DNA of 64,000 nucleotides from Camelus ferus (Eukaryota), in assembly GCF_009834535.1 (NCBI RefSeq), contig NC_045696.1, positions 46,502,001 to 46,566,000 of the forward strand. The letters are read 5' to 3'. The number at the start of each line of letters is the position of its first letter. The first letter of the stretch is position 1. Under the pieces are notes generated by a model, which searched no databases, was not told where the DNA came from, and saw only the letters and a list, made by a program, of their open reading frames with translations. Of this stretch, positions 48,967-61,037 are shown one piece after another. Made by a program: the position numbers and the translations under genes.

Positions 48967-51510
48967 CTCTGTAGTGTGTAATTTTTACCACAAGTTGTTA
49001 AATCAGCAGTGTTAAAGCACTTCCTAGAATCTCTGAGACCACACAGGGAAAGGGTTAAATGATGGTGGGTTGGGCAGATAATAGAGATTTACTAAATGGG
49101 CCACTTTGTACCCCATCCCTTTTCAGAGGAATTCTCAGTCCTATTATGCACACTTAGAGAAAAGTGAGTGTTTATATAATTCAGGAAACAATTTACTCTT
49201 TAAAAATGTTTAGCCTTGTAATATTTTAAGATCAGGCATGTAAAATTCTCAGAGACTGTTTGTGTTCATTTCATTTATGAGTGTTCATAACTCTAGGAAG
49301 TGATTCGCTATTGATCACTTATCATGTGATACAGTTATCCTAGAAACACACTGTTTGAAAAACAGTAAGCCCTGGGCATTATTTTAAGTTGAAAATAATA
49401 TTTTTTTCTTTTACATCAAGTCCTGGGTCTCTGTTTTGCAGGCTGAGAAGGATATCTTTCCTCCTTAACCAAATCTGATATTTTAAAAACCCATTGAAGT
49501 GACCTATATGGAACCCTGAAACTGAGCAAAGAACGTTTTGTTTGTAGGTTCCTCGTAAGTGTTCACACTTAAAGGGAGAAAGCTGTGTCTGCGCTACAGG
49601 ATCTAGAAAGAAGTGTAGGGTGCAGAGCCTGTTTTCCTCACGGTGCAGCCTGTCTCCTGTCTCCCGTTCCGTGTAGACACTCGTAATTCATCCAGATTCA
49701 GCTTGGCCCATCTGAAGAGCTGTCACTCTGTTTCCAGGCTCTGATCCATTACGTTGGTCAAAATGAGCTTCCTATCTGCATGTTTTGTTGTTTACGGGTA
49801 GTGACACATCCGTCACTGTTCAGGTCTTGTTTACTGAAGACTAATGAGCAAATACAATGCCAGAAGGAAGCTGTTGTCTCCCATTATTTAACAAGTCTGA
49901 AGGCCATTCCACATCTTCTCTTCTCTGCGGTGTGGCTGGCTCTTAACACCCTAGAGTGTATCTTCGCATTGAAAAATTACATATTTACTTTGAAGACAGG
50001 GAAGCTAATCCAGACAATTTAGACAAATAGATTGGAACATTAAAACACTCCTTCGAAGGTATTTACTTTACCAGTATAAATACAACTGTAATCTCACCAG
50101 GGTATTGTCATAATTGGATATAAGCAATAGGTGCAGATTTAAAGCATTCATTTTCATGATGGAATGCTCAGTATGTTACGGAATATTACACTTGACACAA
50201 ATTCCATATACTCACACTGTAGCCCATCAGCGTGAAAGTATTACCTGTTTTATTGGAAGTGTTAAGATTTCTTCTTTTAAAGTAAGGAAGACCAGTCATC
50301 TTGTATTGTTCATTTGCTCTTTGATTCATTTATTCATCAATTATTGGTCATTTCCTCCCAAGCTACAGTGTTTATGATACCCCTCATAATTGCAAAAGGC
50401 TTCCACCTAATTTGCTTTTGTTCTTTACAACCTCTTTCCCGGGTGTGCTTCCCTACCTCAGGCAGCTATCAGATTAGCAGTTTCGCATCCAGAGTGATCA
50501 TTGTCCTGGCACTTTTGCTGGACCTTACATCCACCCTGATGATCAGAACACGATAGTGGTGATAACAGATTTACAAACACCATCCAATTTGCAGAAAATA
50601 AAAAGCATAGCCACAAGCATACGACGCAAAATGGCCCACTGGTGTCCCTACCCAGGAGTGTACCATAACACTCACTTCCCTCCCCCAGCTGACTGTCACT
50701 GAAAAACATATATGAGCTCTATTGTTCTTACTTAAAAGGATGTGTATGTCTCAAGTAGAAAAGAAGATGGGGAGATGAACACAGTGGTATATAACAAATT
50801 GGCCTTATACAAGCCATGCTTATAATAGAAGCTGTCAGAGTAGATGAGATTACTGAGATAAAATGTGGAAAGAAAAAGAGAATGGGCCCTAAGAAAAAAC
50901 CCTGAGGAAAACCACTTATGGACTCACTATAGAAAGGAGAGCCAACAAAGGGGAACAGCGAGGAGTGGCCTGAGAGGGAGGAGGAGAACCAGGGCTCTGT
51001 AGTACTGGAGATCCGGGGAAATCTCTCTACAGGAAGGTCAGCTGTGTCCAGTGCTGCAGGGGAGTCAAGATGAGGCTTGAGCCATAGGCATCAGTGTATG
51101 TTCAGTTTCCACCCCACCCCCAAATTAAGGAGCTAAAAGACACTTTTAGAAAGTATACCTTACCACTAAGTCATTCCATGAAAATTTTATTGTTAGGTGA
51201 GTCTAGAAGTGTTGGGCTGCTGAAATACACTGATCCTCCCCAACACTGCCCTGTACCTACAAATAGGTAACAGTCCTCCCATAGGTGATGAGGTAAACCA
51301 TTCTTACTAAACATTAGGTGATGGTGTTCTTCGGCAAGGCTAGAAACCGTTCTCAAGCCTCGACTCAGACAGCCGTGCGTTAACTCAGATGTCAAATAAT
51401 GCGTCCAGGCAGTCCAAAGTTCTTCCCTGAGCCTCTCCGTGTGTCATGCACACATCTGGCACAGGCAGTATGAGAGTGCACGAACACTCACAGTGGCAGG
51501 GAGCGTAAAC

Positions 51511-51543
51511 CTGCAGCGGCACCGGCGACAGCAGAGGGAGCCA
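51511..51543 (+). promoter_or_regulatory. Candidate CTCF-like site in a locally CpG-rich patch
   Basis: GCGACAGCAGAGGGAGCCA resembles the CTCF core TGGCCACCAGGGGGCGCTA, with CTGCAG upstream at 51511; mismatches at two strong positions. Confidence 0.3.
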
Positions 51544-53454
51544 GTGGGAGAGCTAGAAGACAGTGCCGTGGGCTGTGTAGTGAAGCTGTTCTTCAGTAAT
51601 TCTTGAGGGTATCATATGCTTATGTGACAGATTTAATAGTCTACAAATCATTAAATTTAATCATTATTCTCTGCTGCTGCAGTTTTTTATTCTGTTCCAA
51701 TTTCAGTGTGTGACTAATTTTTGGAATTGTCCTAAAAGAGTTTATGTTTAGTAGTGTTAGTAATGATAAACCCTCATTACTAATCATTGTACCATTTATT
51801 GAGACCGTAATATGGGCTCAGCACAGTGCCAGACTCTCCACTAATATAACATGTAATCTCCACAGCAACAGTAAAACGGGGCAGGTATTATTGTTTCTGT
51901 TTTAAAGGTGAAGATAGTTCTTAATTATTTGCTCAAGTCCACACAGCAAAAAGTGATGAAGAGGTGTTTGTCTGATACAAAAGCCATGTCCTTTCTGATA
52001 TACAATCTTGGTTCAACAGACTGGCATTTATGTTCAATACTGCTTTCCCTCAAGTCACTCAGAGTCAGTGATTATATTAAGTGTGTTTGTTTCTCTTAGT
52101 CTGGTGATAAGGTTAGTAATTGAATTCACCTTGTCTAGAAAAAGTAGAAGTGGCATATATCAGAAAATTCAGCTAGAGGAAAATACTCCAAACCTCAGAA
52201 AGATTCAGCCTGTAAGTTGATCTTGTAAAGAAAAAGTAAGTGATTGGGATAAACAGAAAAGGATTCTGTTAAAAATGGTATTACCTAGGAAGAAAAATTC
52301 CTTAAAATTTTCTTAAACGATTTCCTTCTAAATGGCCCAGGTAGCTTATTAAATATTTGCCTCTGCAGAGGTCTCTTATTCAGCAGGTTAGAAGTTCTAC
52401 AGAAAAATTTTCTGTAGCAGCTAGCACCCAGTCTCTCCTGGAACTGAGAACTCCATAGAATTCGCTGTGAGACTTGGGGTCACCTGTAAAGATATGGTTA
52501 CAAGGCAGGACTGCCTCCTAAACTGAACTGAGAGATCCCTCTGTCTTAAAGTGAGAAAAATTCAGTATCACAAAGAATATAAAAGCTTAGATTGTAGCCA
52601 GCTGCCCTAATGATGACAGAACTTCTCCAGGAGAAGAATACTTTGTAAAATTCCTGAAGAATATATGTCCTTCTCAACTCTTTACTGAGTTAAGCTGGAC
52701 ATTGAAAATGAAGTTTTCTTCTAAAAGTGAGAAAGCACAGTGCTATCAATGACTGGCTGCTGTTCAGCCAAATTTGCAGAAGAGTGTGCAGTCATGATGT
52801 AATGTTGCATATATGTTGAAGTGCTGTGGTACAGGCCTTAACTGTGCAGCTTCCTGAGATTTGTGATCTTGACTGTCAGTCTTTGGGTGTCCTTTAGAGC
52901 ATACTCTCAGAGCCAATGCTAATGTTTTATATAAAACTCTTAGCTTCCCCAGCTTCTGTCATATTGCCTCTCACATGTGTATTAGATTCTCAGAAGAATA
53001 TTTGTTGACTGACTTGAAGCTATCTTTCCACAGTGGTTCCAAATCTATTTCTTTAAAAAATTAACTAATTGCTTTGGTAAATACAAAATGAACCTAAATC
53101 TCTTTTATATTTGGCCAGTTGATGAGTTGGTATTTATATAGAAATGGAAATGCATGCCTTGTTTTAAGGATATAGAGTTAAATTTAAAGCCTGGAATACT
53201 CAAGATAATAATAATACTCTTGTCATCAAGCAGCCACCCAAGCCACACCTGTTTTTCATTATTATTTTTGAGGTTATTTACTAAAATTGGTTTCAAAATT
53301 ATAACCCCAAGCGTGACACGTTTAAAGTTATTTGGTCCTTGGGAGCAATGATGTTCTCATAAACTAAGGAAAGTTCCTGAATGCGTGTGAATGGGAAGCA
53401 AAGATTCTGATATCACAGTCAATATTCTTTATGTGAATTTTTTTTTCAATACAG

Positions 53455-53535
53455 ATTTCTTCAAACACATCGCAGTTGGGTGGTGCTGAACCTGTAAAAC
53501 GCTGTGGGAAATCTGCACTCTTTCAACTGGCAGAG
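53455..53535 (+). CDS. BBX: BBX coding exon 7 (ISSNTSQLGGAEPVKRCGKSALFQLAE), GC-type donor
   Basis: Acceptor ttttttcaatacag|ATT, donor GAG|gcaagt; 81 nt, phase 0-0. Confidence 0.93.
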
Positions 53536-54340
53536 GCAAGTTTCTAAGAATATGTTGAGATAAGATCTGCAGCCAGTGCAAGTTAGACAGAAGTTATGAT
53601 GAGTGTTCCCTCACTGTCCCATCTCACCGTGATCATAAAGTGTTCTGTATGTAATTTTCAACAAGAGAGTTAACCTTTAATTTAAGGAAAACAATTTTGC
53701 TTCTAAAAGTCATTAAGCATTGAAAAAAGTTACCCAGGGAAATTGCAAAATCTTTTCCACAGGTAGTATTTTAAACCAAGATTGGTTTTTGTCTCTCTCT
53801 TATTGGTTAATAAATAAGTCCACTCTGAATACAGAAGAATGGCCTAGGTGGTTTTCCTCTTCTCTGATTCTCTTGTAACATCTGGAAATCAGTACTTTTA
53901 AACCAGGTGGTTGATGTCTCAATTTGGGTTTTTTTTTTTTTTTTTTTTAAGTGAAGAACTCAAGTGACATGTTCTGAAGCCTGGTTTTATAACATCTATC
54001 AGTTGTACATTTGATGTGACATGGGTATAAAATGCTACGATTCTTTTGGCAAAGTAGAAAATATGCTTTTGTAAAACCTGTGACCAACAGAGCCCTCACT
54101 TGGTGGGAATTGGAAGTGGTTGTTGCTGGACAAGCAGGAGCCGTGGCCAAAATGTTCCCGCTCTTCCTTAAGGGAACATATGGGAGAAATGTCTTTAGCA
54201 CCTGGGCGCTAGAGTAGCAGTTTTCTCTTTTGGTAAGACAAATTAAGAGGTATGAAATGGGTGACCAGAAATCTCTGTATTAAATGTTTTTTTCTCTCTT
54301 TTTTCTGGCTTCCTTCCAATGAGTTCCTTCTGAGTTTTTT

Positions 54341-54343
<3 letters not shown>

Positions 54344-54380
<37 letters not shown>
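54344..54380. repeat. (TG)n microsatellite
   Basis: Directly visible. Confidence 0.95.
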
Positions 54381-54381
<1 letters not shown>

Positions 54382-57300
54382 TATGATGCTTTTATAAATT
54401 CTTTTGAGTAGATTGAACTTAATGGCATGACTTGTCATTTTCTAATTTTTATGGTAGCTTGTATAATAAAAATTTAGGAGTTTTAAATATCTTTAAATTA
54501 AGCTTTTAAAGTCTAGCCAGATTCAAATTAGAAATATAAAAATACAGAGGCCTAGTACAGTAAAGAAGTATGTGGACAGTGGGACAACTAATTCATTGTC
54601 TGATATGAAGCTTACATGCTTCTTGTGTGAGACAAATTCAGACTCAAAGGGCTACAAATTACTAGAAAACTTATGAAGACCACAGAAAATAGTTTTTAAA
54701 AAAAACCTGAGTGAGTCAGTGGCAAAGTACTATTTCTGATAAAACTAAAATGGTAAAGATCGCATGTGGTGAAGGCCCACAATGAATGTGCCTTTAGAGT
54801 TAGAGCTGTAAACATGTCTTAATAAACAGAGAGACAATGAGGTCATGAATTTGTCTAGTATCTTTAAGACTATATAGTTGTCAAGACAATTTATTTCAAA
54901 AACATGATTGTTTTTCTTAAATAATATGAATATATGGCCCTTTCTGCATTTCATAGGGGGGATGTCTGTACACATATACAATCATATACATGTGGTTTTT
55001 TAAATATTAAACAACAGTAAAAACAAAACAGTAGACAATAGTAAAACTTATGAATATATGTTTATTAAATAGTTTTGAATTATAAATGTGTGGGCCTTAG
55101 AGGTGCTTTGCTGTGGGGGTTGCTAGAAAGATGAATTTGTCTTCTCATTTCCTTTCTTTGCATAATAGTCATTAAAAAAAAAAAGGATTCCCCATTAAAT
55201 CAGAGCTCATTAAAAAGAACATTCTTCTAATTTGTAGGGTTGTATCCCAAATATGAAACAGATGCTATGGTTTAACAGATGTTTGAATGCTGGTATCATA
55301 ATTTAACGGGGTAAAATGACTGCAGTAAGCCTCTTCCAATTATAGCAAATCAGCTTATACTCAGACTTAGTTTCGTATAACATGCAAGTAAAAATACATG
55401 CTTTTGATGAAGCAGGATTGCTAAGAAATAATTTACCAGGAAAATCTTCTCACAGTATTATTTGCACCACATGAATATGATGCCATAATGCTAATAGAGT
55501 GTGTTTTAGAATAACATCCCAAAACCTTCCCAATTTCTAATTAAACATAAATATGTGCACAGTAGATTAATCAGCATCTCCAAATAATCACCAGTAGAAA
55601 TATGCTTCCTCGGTTATTTTTTATTCCTTATGTGTTCAATGTTCCTTTTTATTGAACAAAATGTAGTATTTAATTATTTGGGTACCTCTTTAAATAAATA
55701 TCACAGGATATTAAGGAGGAATCTTCCTGTGGCCCAGAATTGGTGTGGTTGTCTGAAATCCTAAGGAACAGCTTTAAATTCACAGTGTTCCAAAGGGAAA
55801 GCCACCTTCAGTTTGGGCCAGACCCTTCTCCTGCGATTTATAAAGAGGAGGCCTAATCCAGCTACCATCTCATCTGCCACTCCAGGGGTTTCCTCTCTCG
55901 TCCCCACCCCAGACCCCATGGGTGGGGTATCATAGGTTCTGCAGTCATCTGGACTACTGTCATTTTTCTTCCTGTCCTGAGGAGGGAAACAACAAAGTGC
56001 TTTCCCTTCTTCACCTCTGGCCCCTGTCAAGCAGGATGAAGACAGCTCTGAGAGAACCCCTGTTAAAGACTGAGGGTGGTACTGCAAGAAGTATCTTCTC
56101 ATTCTTTGGTGAGAAGGAAGCAGTGTTTTAGATGTCGGTTTATTGATGTGCCCTTCCCCTCTCTGGCCAGGCAAGAAGAGAACTGGAGGAAGTCAGCAGC
56201 AGGGAGAGACTTGAATAGCTTGCTGCACTCTCTGCCTTGGCATGGCAAAGATACATGAGTTTTCCAGGGGCCAAGTGGGCATGAAGAATGTAGTTCAGCT
56301 TGATCAGGCAAGAGGCCATGGGACATTGGTGGGGAGTGGTTGGTAGAGGGCAGTCCTAGAACCATCCTATCTCTGACTGAGGACATTCTGAGGGGCTCCT
56401 GCAAGCAAAAGTGATACTCAGCTGGTTTGTACCAGGACAACTGTCCAGGGACTAAAATACCAAAATACTTCCTTATTGTTAGTAAAAAGACTGGAACCCA
56501 ACTTCCGTGAGTACCCTTGCAGCAAGTCTGCCAGCATTCCTGGGCTTCTCCTATCCTTCTAGAAACTGGAGGACACAGCCGGGGGTCCCTAGCACCCCAT
56601 TCTAGTCCTGAGGCCACGCCCCTTCTGATCGCTTGGCACCCTGCCTGTTAAATATTTTGTCTGTAATCTCTGTTCTTGGCATCCTCTGTCAAGGTCATTC
56701 AGTCTTATGTTGAGTTAGAAACTGACAGAGAAAGACGTAACCATGGGCACTTAGTTTTACCTCCACTATTCCTCCTTCTGTCCTCTCAACCAGAGGCTTT
56801 GTACCTTGTGAAGGAAGGGCCAGCCACCAGTTCAAGAACTGCTGACCCTTCCTACCTTCATCCCTGTGGGTGGGCCTGGGAGAAGGAGTGAATGAGGAGC
56901 TTTCTCTAAGACAGGGGTTGTTGCTTGCAGGAAATCTCTTCTTTTGGCGAGAAGGAAGAAATACTGTAGGCATGTAATTATTATGGTGCCTTGCACCCGC
57001 TTGAGCAGGCAAAAAGAACATTGAGGAAGGCTGGCAGCAGATAGAAACAGATTTACGTCAGCCTGCACACTCAGTTTTGGCGTTGAGAACCCCTCCCCAT
57101 TTCCCAGCACCCTGGAACCAAGGAGGTGCCCTGGGGAAGTCCCTGCTTCGGGTATTTGATTGACATTTTAAACTGGATGGGTTTTTAGTAGCCAAAAATG
57201 ACCTGAAAATTCTGGGATCTATTCCAGGTATTTTTTTCAGGAATCTACCTTAGCTAGGAAGGGAGATTTGGCATTGTGCTGCTGAGGTCAGAGAATTGAG

Positions 57301-57949
57301 AAAAACAGTCCTCTATGTTTAAACTTCCATGAGGTTCATAGTGTTCAATTAATCAGTTAATTGGCTCATGTAACTATAATGTATTGTGTTTCCTTTCATT
57401 TTGAAATTAATTAGGTCAGGTTATATAAAGAACAGCAAAGCAGAAAAGTGTTCCCCTGGAGATCATTGTGTATTATAGTTGCTATAGTCGGAGGACACAC
57501 AGAGACATCTTTATCTGTACATTTTAGCAAAGAAAATTCTACATTTAAAGACCTCTGTTACTAAAATTGCCTAGTGTAGTAAGTGAAGCATTTTATTTAT
57601 TTATTCTAACAAACAGTAATTACTGAGGGTCTGCATCGTGCCATTACCAGTGAGGCTGCTGAAGCTCCTTGCATATGGATGTACAAATATTTTTACTGCA
57701 GTCAGAGAGACTGTGAGCCTTCTTCTCAGATCAGTGGTACAGAAACACTTTACCTCCAGATCCACTTTGGGTATTTGGAGTACCACTAGGGGCTGGAGCA
57801 TAAGCCTAAAAAGATTACAATTGGTTTTACTTATAATTTTGCTTAGATAATCTTATGTGCTCTTGAAAATAGATTATACATTTTAATAGCAGATTTTATT
57901 TTTTTACCTGCAGGTAGGTTTTTTCATCTAACCTAGGAAAATATTGACT

Positions 57950-58190
57950 GGCATCTGTTATCTACTGTGTGCTAGGCACTTTTCTAAGTACTTATTATGT
58001 TCTTCGTGAATTCTCACACTTGTCCCCTGAGGCAAGTGCTGTTATTATTCCTCTTTTACACATTAGGAAACAAAAGGGCAGAGAGGTTTTATGACTTGCC
58101 TAAGATCACAAGGACAGAAAGTGTTAGTGCCTCCGTAGAAACCCAGGCAGTCTCTCCACAGCCTGGGCTCTTCAGCACCAGGCTATTGTC
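57950..58190 (-). mobile_element. MIR SINE (approximate bounds)
   Basis: tactgtgtgctaggcacttttctaagtactt...ttttacacattaggaaacaaaagggcagagagg...gacttgcctaagatcaca...gaacccaggcagtct. Confidence 0.75.
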
Positions 58191-59039
58191 ACTTTGTCTT
58201 GTGCAAGTTGCTTGTTATAGGAGCTTGTGTCTTATAGAAGGCTCTGGAAGACAGCTTCCTCCTGCACATATGTGTATGGCTGAATAAGATGACAGATAGT
58301 TCAATACTGCTGTCAAAGAAATGGAGCTGATATTTCCTTTTTAAAAAGTGATTCTACTTTTGAAACTGCCAAGGTACATCTCACACCCTTAAATAAGTGC
58401 CTGTTTGTGAATACACTTCGGAAGATACCGGGAGGACTATAGGAAATTATGGTGTACCCCTCCTGTCCTCCAGGAACTTATTCTCCAGTTGCAAAGAGAT
58501 AAAATATAAAAAGTTAAGGGATAAGAAATAAATTAAGAGTGCCAGTGGTTTCACAGGAAAGCATGCAGTGAAATGAGGAAGCTCAACTTGTGTGATCCCC
58601 AAAGTGAATGTGTAAAACCAGGAAAGGAAGAAATTAATAATAGCAGGAGTGTTCTGGGGACCCAGCACAGGTGAAAGAGCATGAAGAAACGTGGTTCTTG
58701 ATGTAGGAGCTGTTGAGGAACAGAGGTTGAAACTAGCAACTTATTGGGCCGGCCCACAATTTGTTGACCTGTATTACAGGTGGCTAATTATTTTAAAACT
58801 ATAAATTTCAAATAAATGCATACTTCTGACTTCTTATGAAAATTTAGAGAACCTAGAGACACTGGACCAGCCTTTTTGCATGAGAACAGTTGGTCAGAGC
58901 CGAAAAGCGGCTGCCCCCTTAGAGAGAGGTTTGCTGTACAGATGTTACCATCGTCTCCTTTCCCTACTAAGCCCAGTCTCTGAATCCAACAGTCATTGCC
59001 ACCATCCATTTACATTTGTCCATCCCCCCTCACCGCTTT

Positions 59040-59620
59040 ATAACTAACCACACATGCCCAGTGGAAATTGTGATTTATGCATAATTAAATGGAGAGATGG
59101 AGGAGATACAGCAAAGAGATAAAGGCAGGCAAACATGAAATAGGTAGATGACAGCAAGTAAATCAGCCAGGCAGGAGTAGAGGGCTGTGCTAGGAGATTT
59201 ATGGAAGATGAAGGTGGAGTGTAGCTGCAAGTCAGAATTGGGAAGGTGCTTAGTGTGAAGCAGAGAAATTTGTACTTGAAAATAATGAGGGGCGGTTGAA
59301 GACTTGGGGCAGAGGTATGCAGAGGTGAGAGCAGCACTTGGAGAGACTGGCTTAGCAGCTGTGTGCAGAACAGAGCAGAAAGCCTCTGCGGACACACAGA
59401 TGTGGGAAGACAAGACCCAGGATGTGGGGAGCTGGCAGTGAGCTGGGAGGCTGCAGGGGATTCAGATGGATCTGATGACTGAGTCGATGTGAGAGGTAAA
59501 GCAAAAGGAGAGTCAGAGAGGACTGTGGCTCTGAACCTGAGTGTGTGGAGAAGAATGGCTTCCAGAAGTTTGACCCTGACCTTGGAGCGTGACTTCAGGA
59601 AGCCTGGATGTTTGTAAACC
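59040..59620 (-). mobile_element. L2 fragment (approximate bounds)
   Basis: Purine-rich tract with gatggatctgatgactgagtcgatgtgagaggtaaagcaaaaggagagtcagagaggactg, typical of antisense L2. Confidence 0.55.
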
Positions 59621-60099
59621 AAGAGGAAGCCCTACTAGGAGGAAAGCAGAGATGAAAGATGCTGAGGGGGACGGGATAGCTGTAGAAATCCAGTACTGAA
59701 AGAGTCAGTGTGAGGGGATAGGCAGCTAGGTAAACAGATGAGTTTGGAAAGCAAAGCCCATGTTTCTCTGAGCACAGAACAAAGAAATGTCAAAAAGTCA
59801 CCACGGGGTTGCTGAATTTGTTCTGTGATACCCTTTGTCTGTATGGTACTTTTCTTTATCTCAATTTGTGAAACTAATAATCCGTTAAGGTGAAGTTGAA
59901 GAGAGACGATGCTGAATTTCTCCAGATAAACTCTTCATGTATCTAAAAAGCAAGATTGTAGATCTGGTGGGTCCAAGGGAATTGGGAAAGTTGTCATTAA
60001 CCCTATTTATTAGAAAAGGATAAAGATATTTTTAGAGTCCTCAATGTCCTAGTTTTTCTTGCATTCTAACTTACTAAAACCACTTATTAAAATCAAATG

Positions 60100-60237
60100 G
60101 GGGAGGGGTATAGCTCAAGCTGTAGACTGCTTGCTTAGCATGCATGAGGTCCTGGGTTCAATCCCCAGTACCTTCTCTAAAAATAAATGAAATAAATAGA
60201 CCTAATTACCTCCCCCCACTAAAACAACAACAATAAC
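60100..60237 (+). mobile_element. tRNA-derived camelid-type SINE (Vic-1-like)
   Basis: A-box tagctcaagctg, B-box gggttcaatccc, body gacctaattacctccccc; perfect 11-bp TSD aaaatcaaatg (60089-60099 / 60238-60248). Confidence 0.9.
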
Positions 60238-60876
60238 AAAATCAAATGAGTAGGTAAAGGTAAATTTATTCTAGTTTCTATAAGAATTAAATCTTATGGA
60301 AAGTTATGGCTCACTAAACAAAAAGCTGAATTAGGATACAATTACAGAAATTATATACTATATTGAAAAAAGTAGAAAATTCCATCCCTCCAACCGTATT
60401 AGCATTCCATCACCACCACCAGTTATAGCTGGTAATTGATTGCAGTATGAGGTGTGACTCCCTGGAAGTTTTCTGTTGTGCCCTCATAGTATTGATGTGC
60501 ACTATCTCTTCCATCCTGTTGTAACCCCCTGCGGCCCAGAACCTCAACGTGTAGTTTCTCGCCTCAGCTCCACCTACCCTCTCATCATATAACTGAATTC
60601 TAATACTTTTATGGTACATGTGAGGGGGCCTTTTATTTGAAAGTGGTGTGTTTCTTTCCTTTTTGTGCAGATTTGGGAGTCAGTTTTAGAAAACTCCTGT
60701 TCTAAAACTTTTCATTTTATTTCCAATTGCACCAACTTAATTCTGTAGGAACTGAAATAGAGGATTGCAGCTAATGACTTCCTGTAACACCTTTGGGGGT
60801 GACTTTAGTAAATGGCCTTTTGGAGCAAAGGCCACCCTCACTCCGTCCAGAGTCTTCAGAAATGGTATAGCTTCTG

Positions 60877-61037
60877 GGGGAGGGGGATGCTCAGTGGTAG
60901 AGCACCTGCTTAGCATGCAGGAGGTCCTGGGTTCAAGCCCCACTGCCTCCATTAAAAAAATAATAATAAATACGTAAACCTAAATACCCCCTCTAAAAAA
61001 AACCTAAAACAAATTAATTAATTAATTAAAAAAAAAA
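60877..61037 (+). mobile_element. tRNA-derived camelid-type SINE (Vic-1-like)
   Basis: gctcagtggtagagcacctgcttagcatgcaggaggtcctgggttcaagccc with an A-rich tail; 19-bp TSD agaaatggtatag(c/t)ttctg (60858-60876 / 61038-61056). Confidence 0.92.

Larger units (their letters stand above)
7441..53535 (+). other. BBX: BBX gene, partial: seven coding exons, 906 nt CDS, 302 aa N-terminal part. Upstream UTR exons and downstream coding exons lie outside the window
   Basis: Exon lengths 162+243+196+68+81+75+81 = 906 nt join in one stop-free frame with compatible phases. The translation matches the mammalian BBX N-terminus as I know it (MKGSNRNKDHS...HMG box...SALFQLAE). Confidence 0.97.

Noticed and set aside
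59044..59622. 192-aa minus-strand ORF, the longest in the track
   Set aside because: It is S/L/P-rich low-complexity translation of an L2-like tract with no recognisable domain.
60100..60960. tRNA-like sequences (also ~6750-6825) as tRNA genes
   Set aside because: They have broken stems, a shared non-tRNA body, A-rich tails and TSDs, so they are SINEs.
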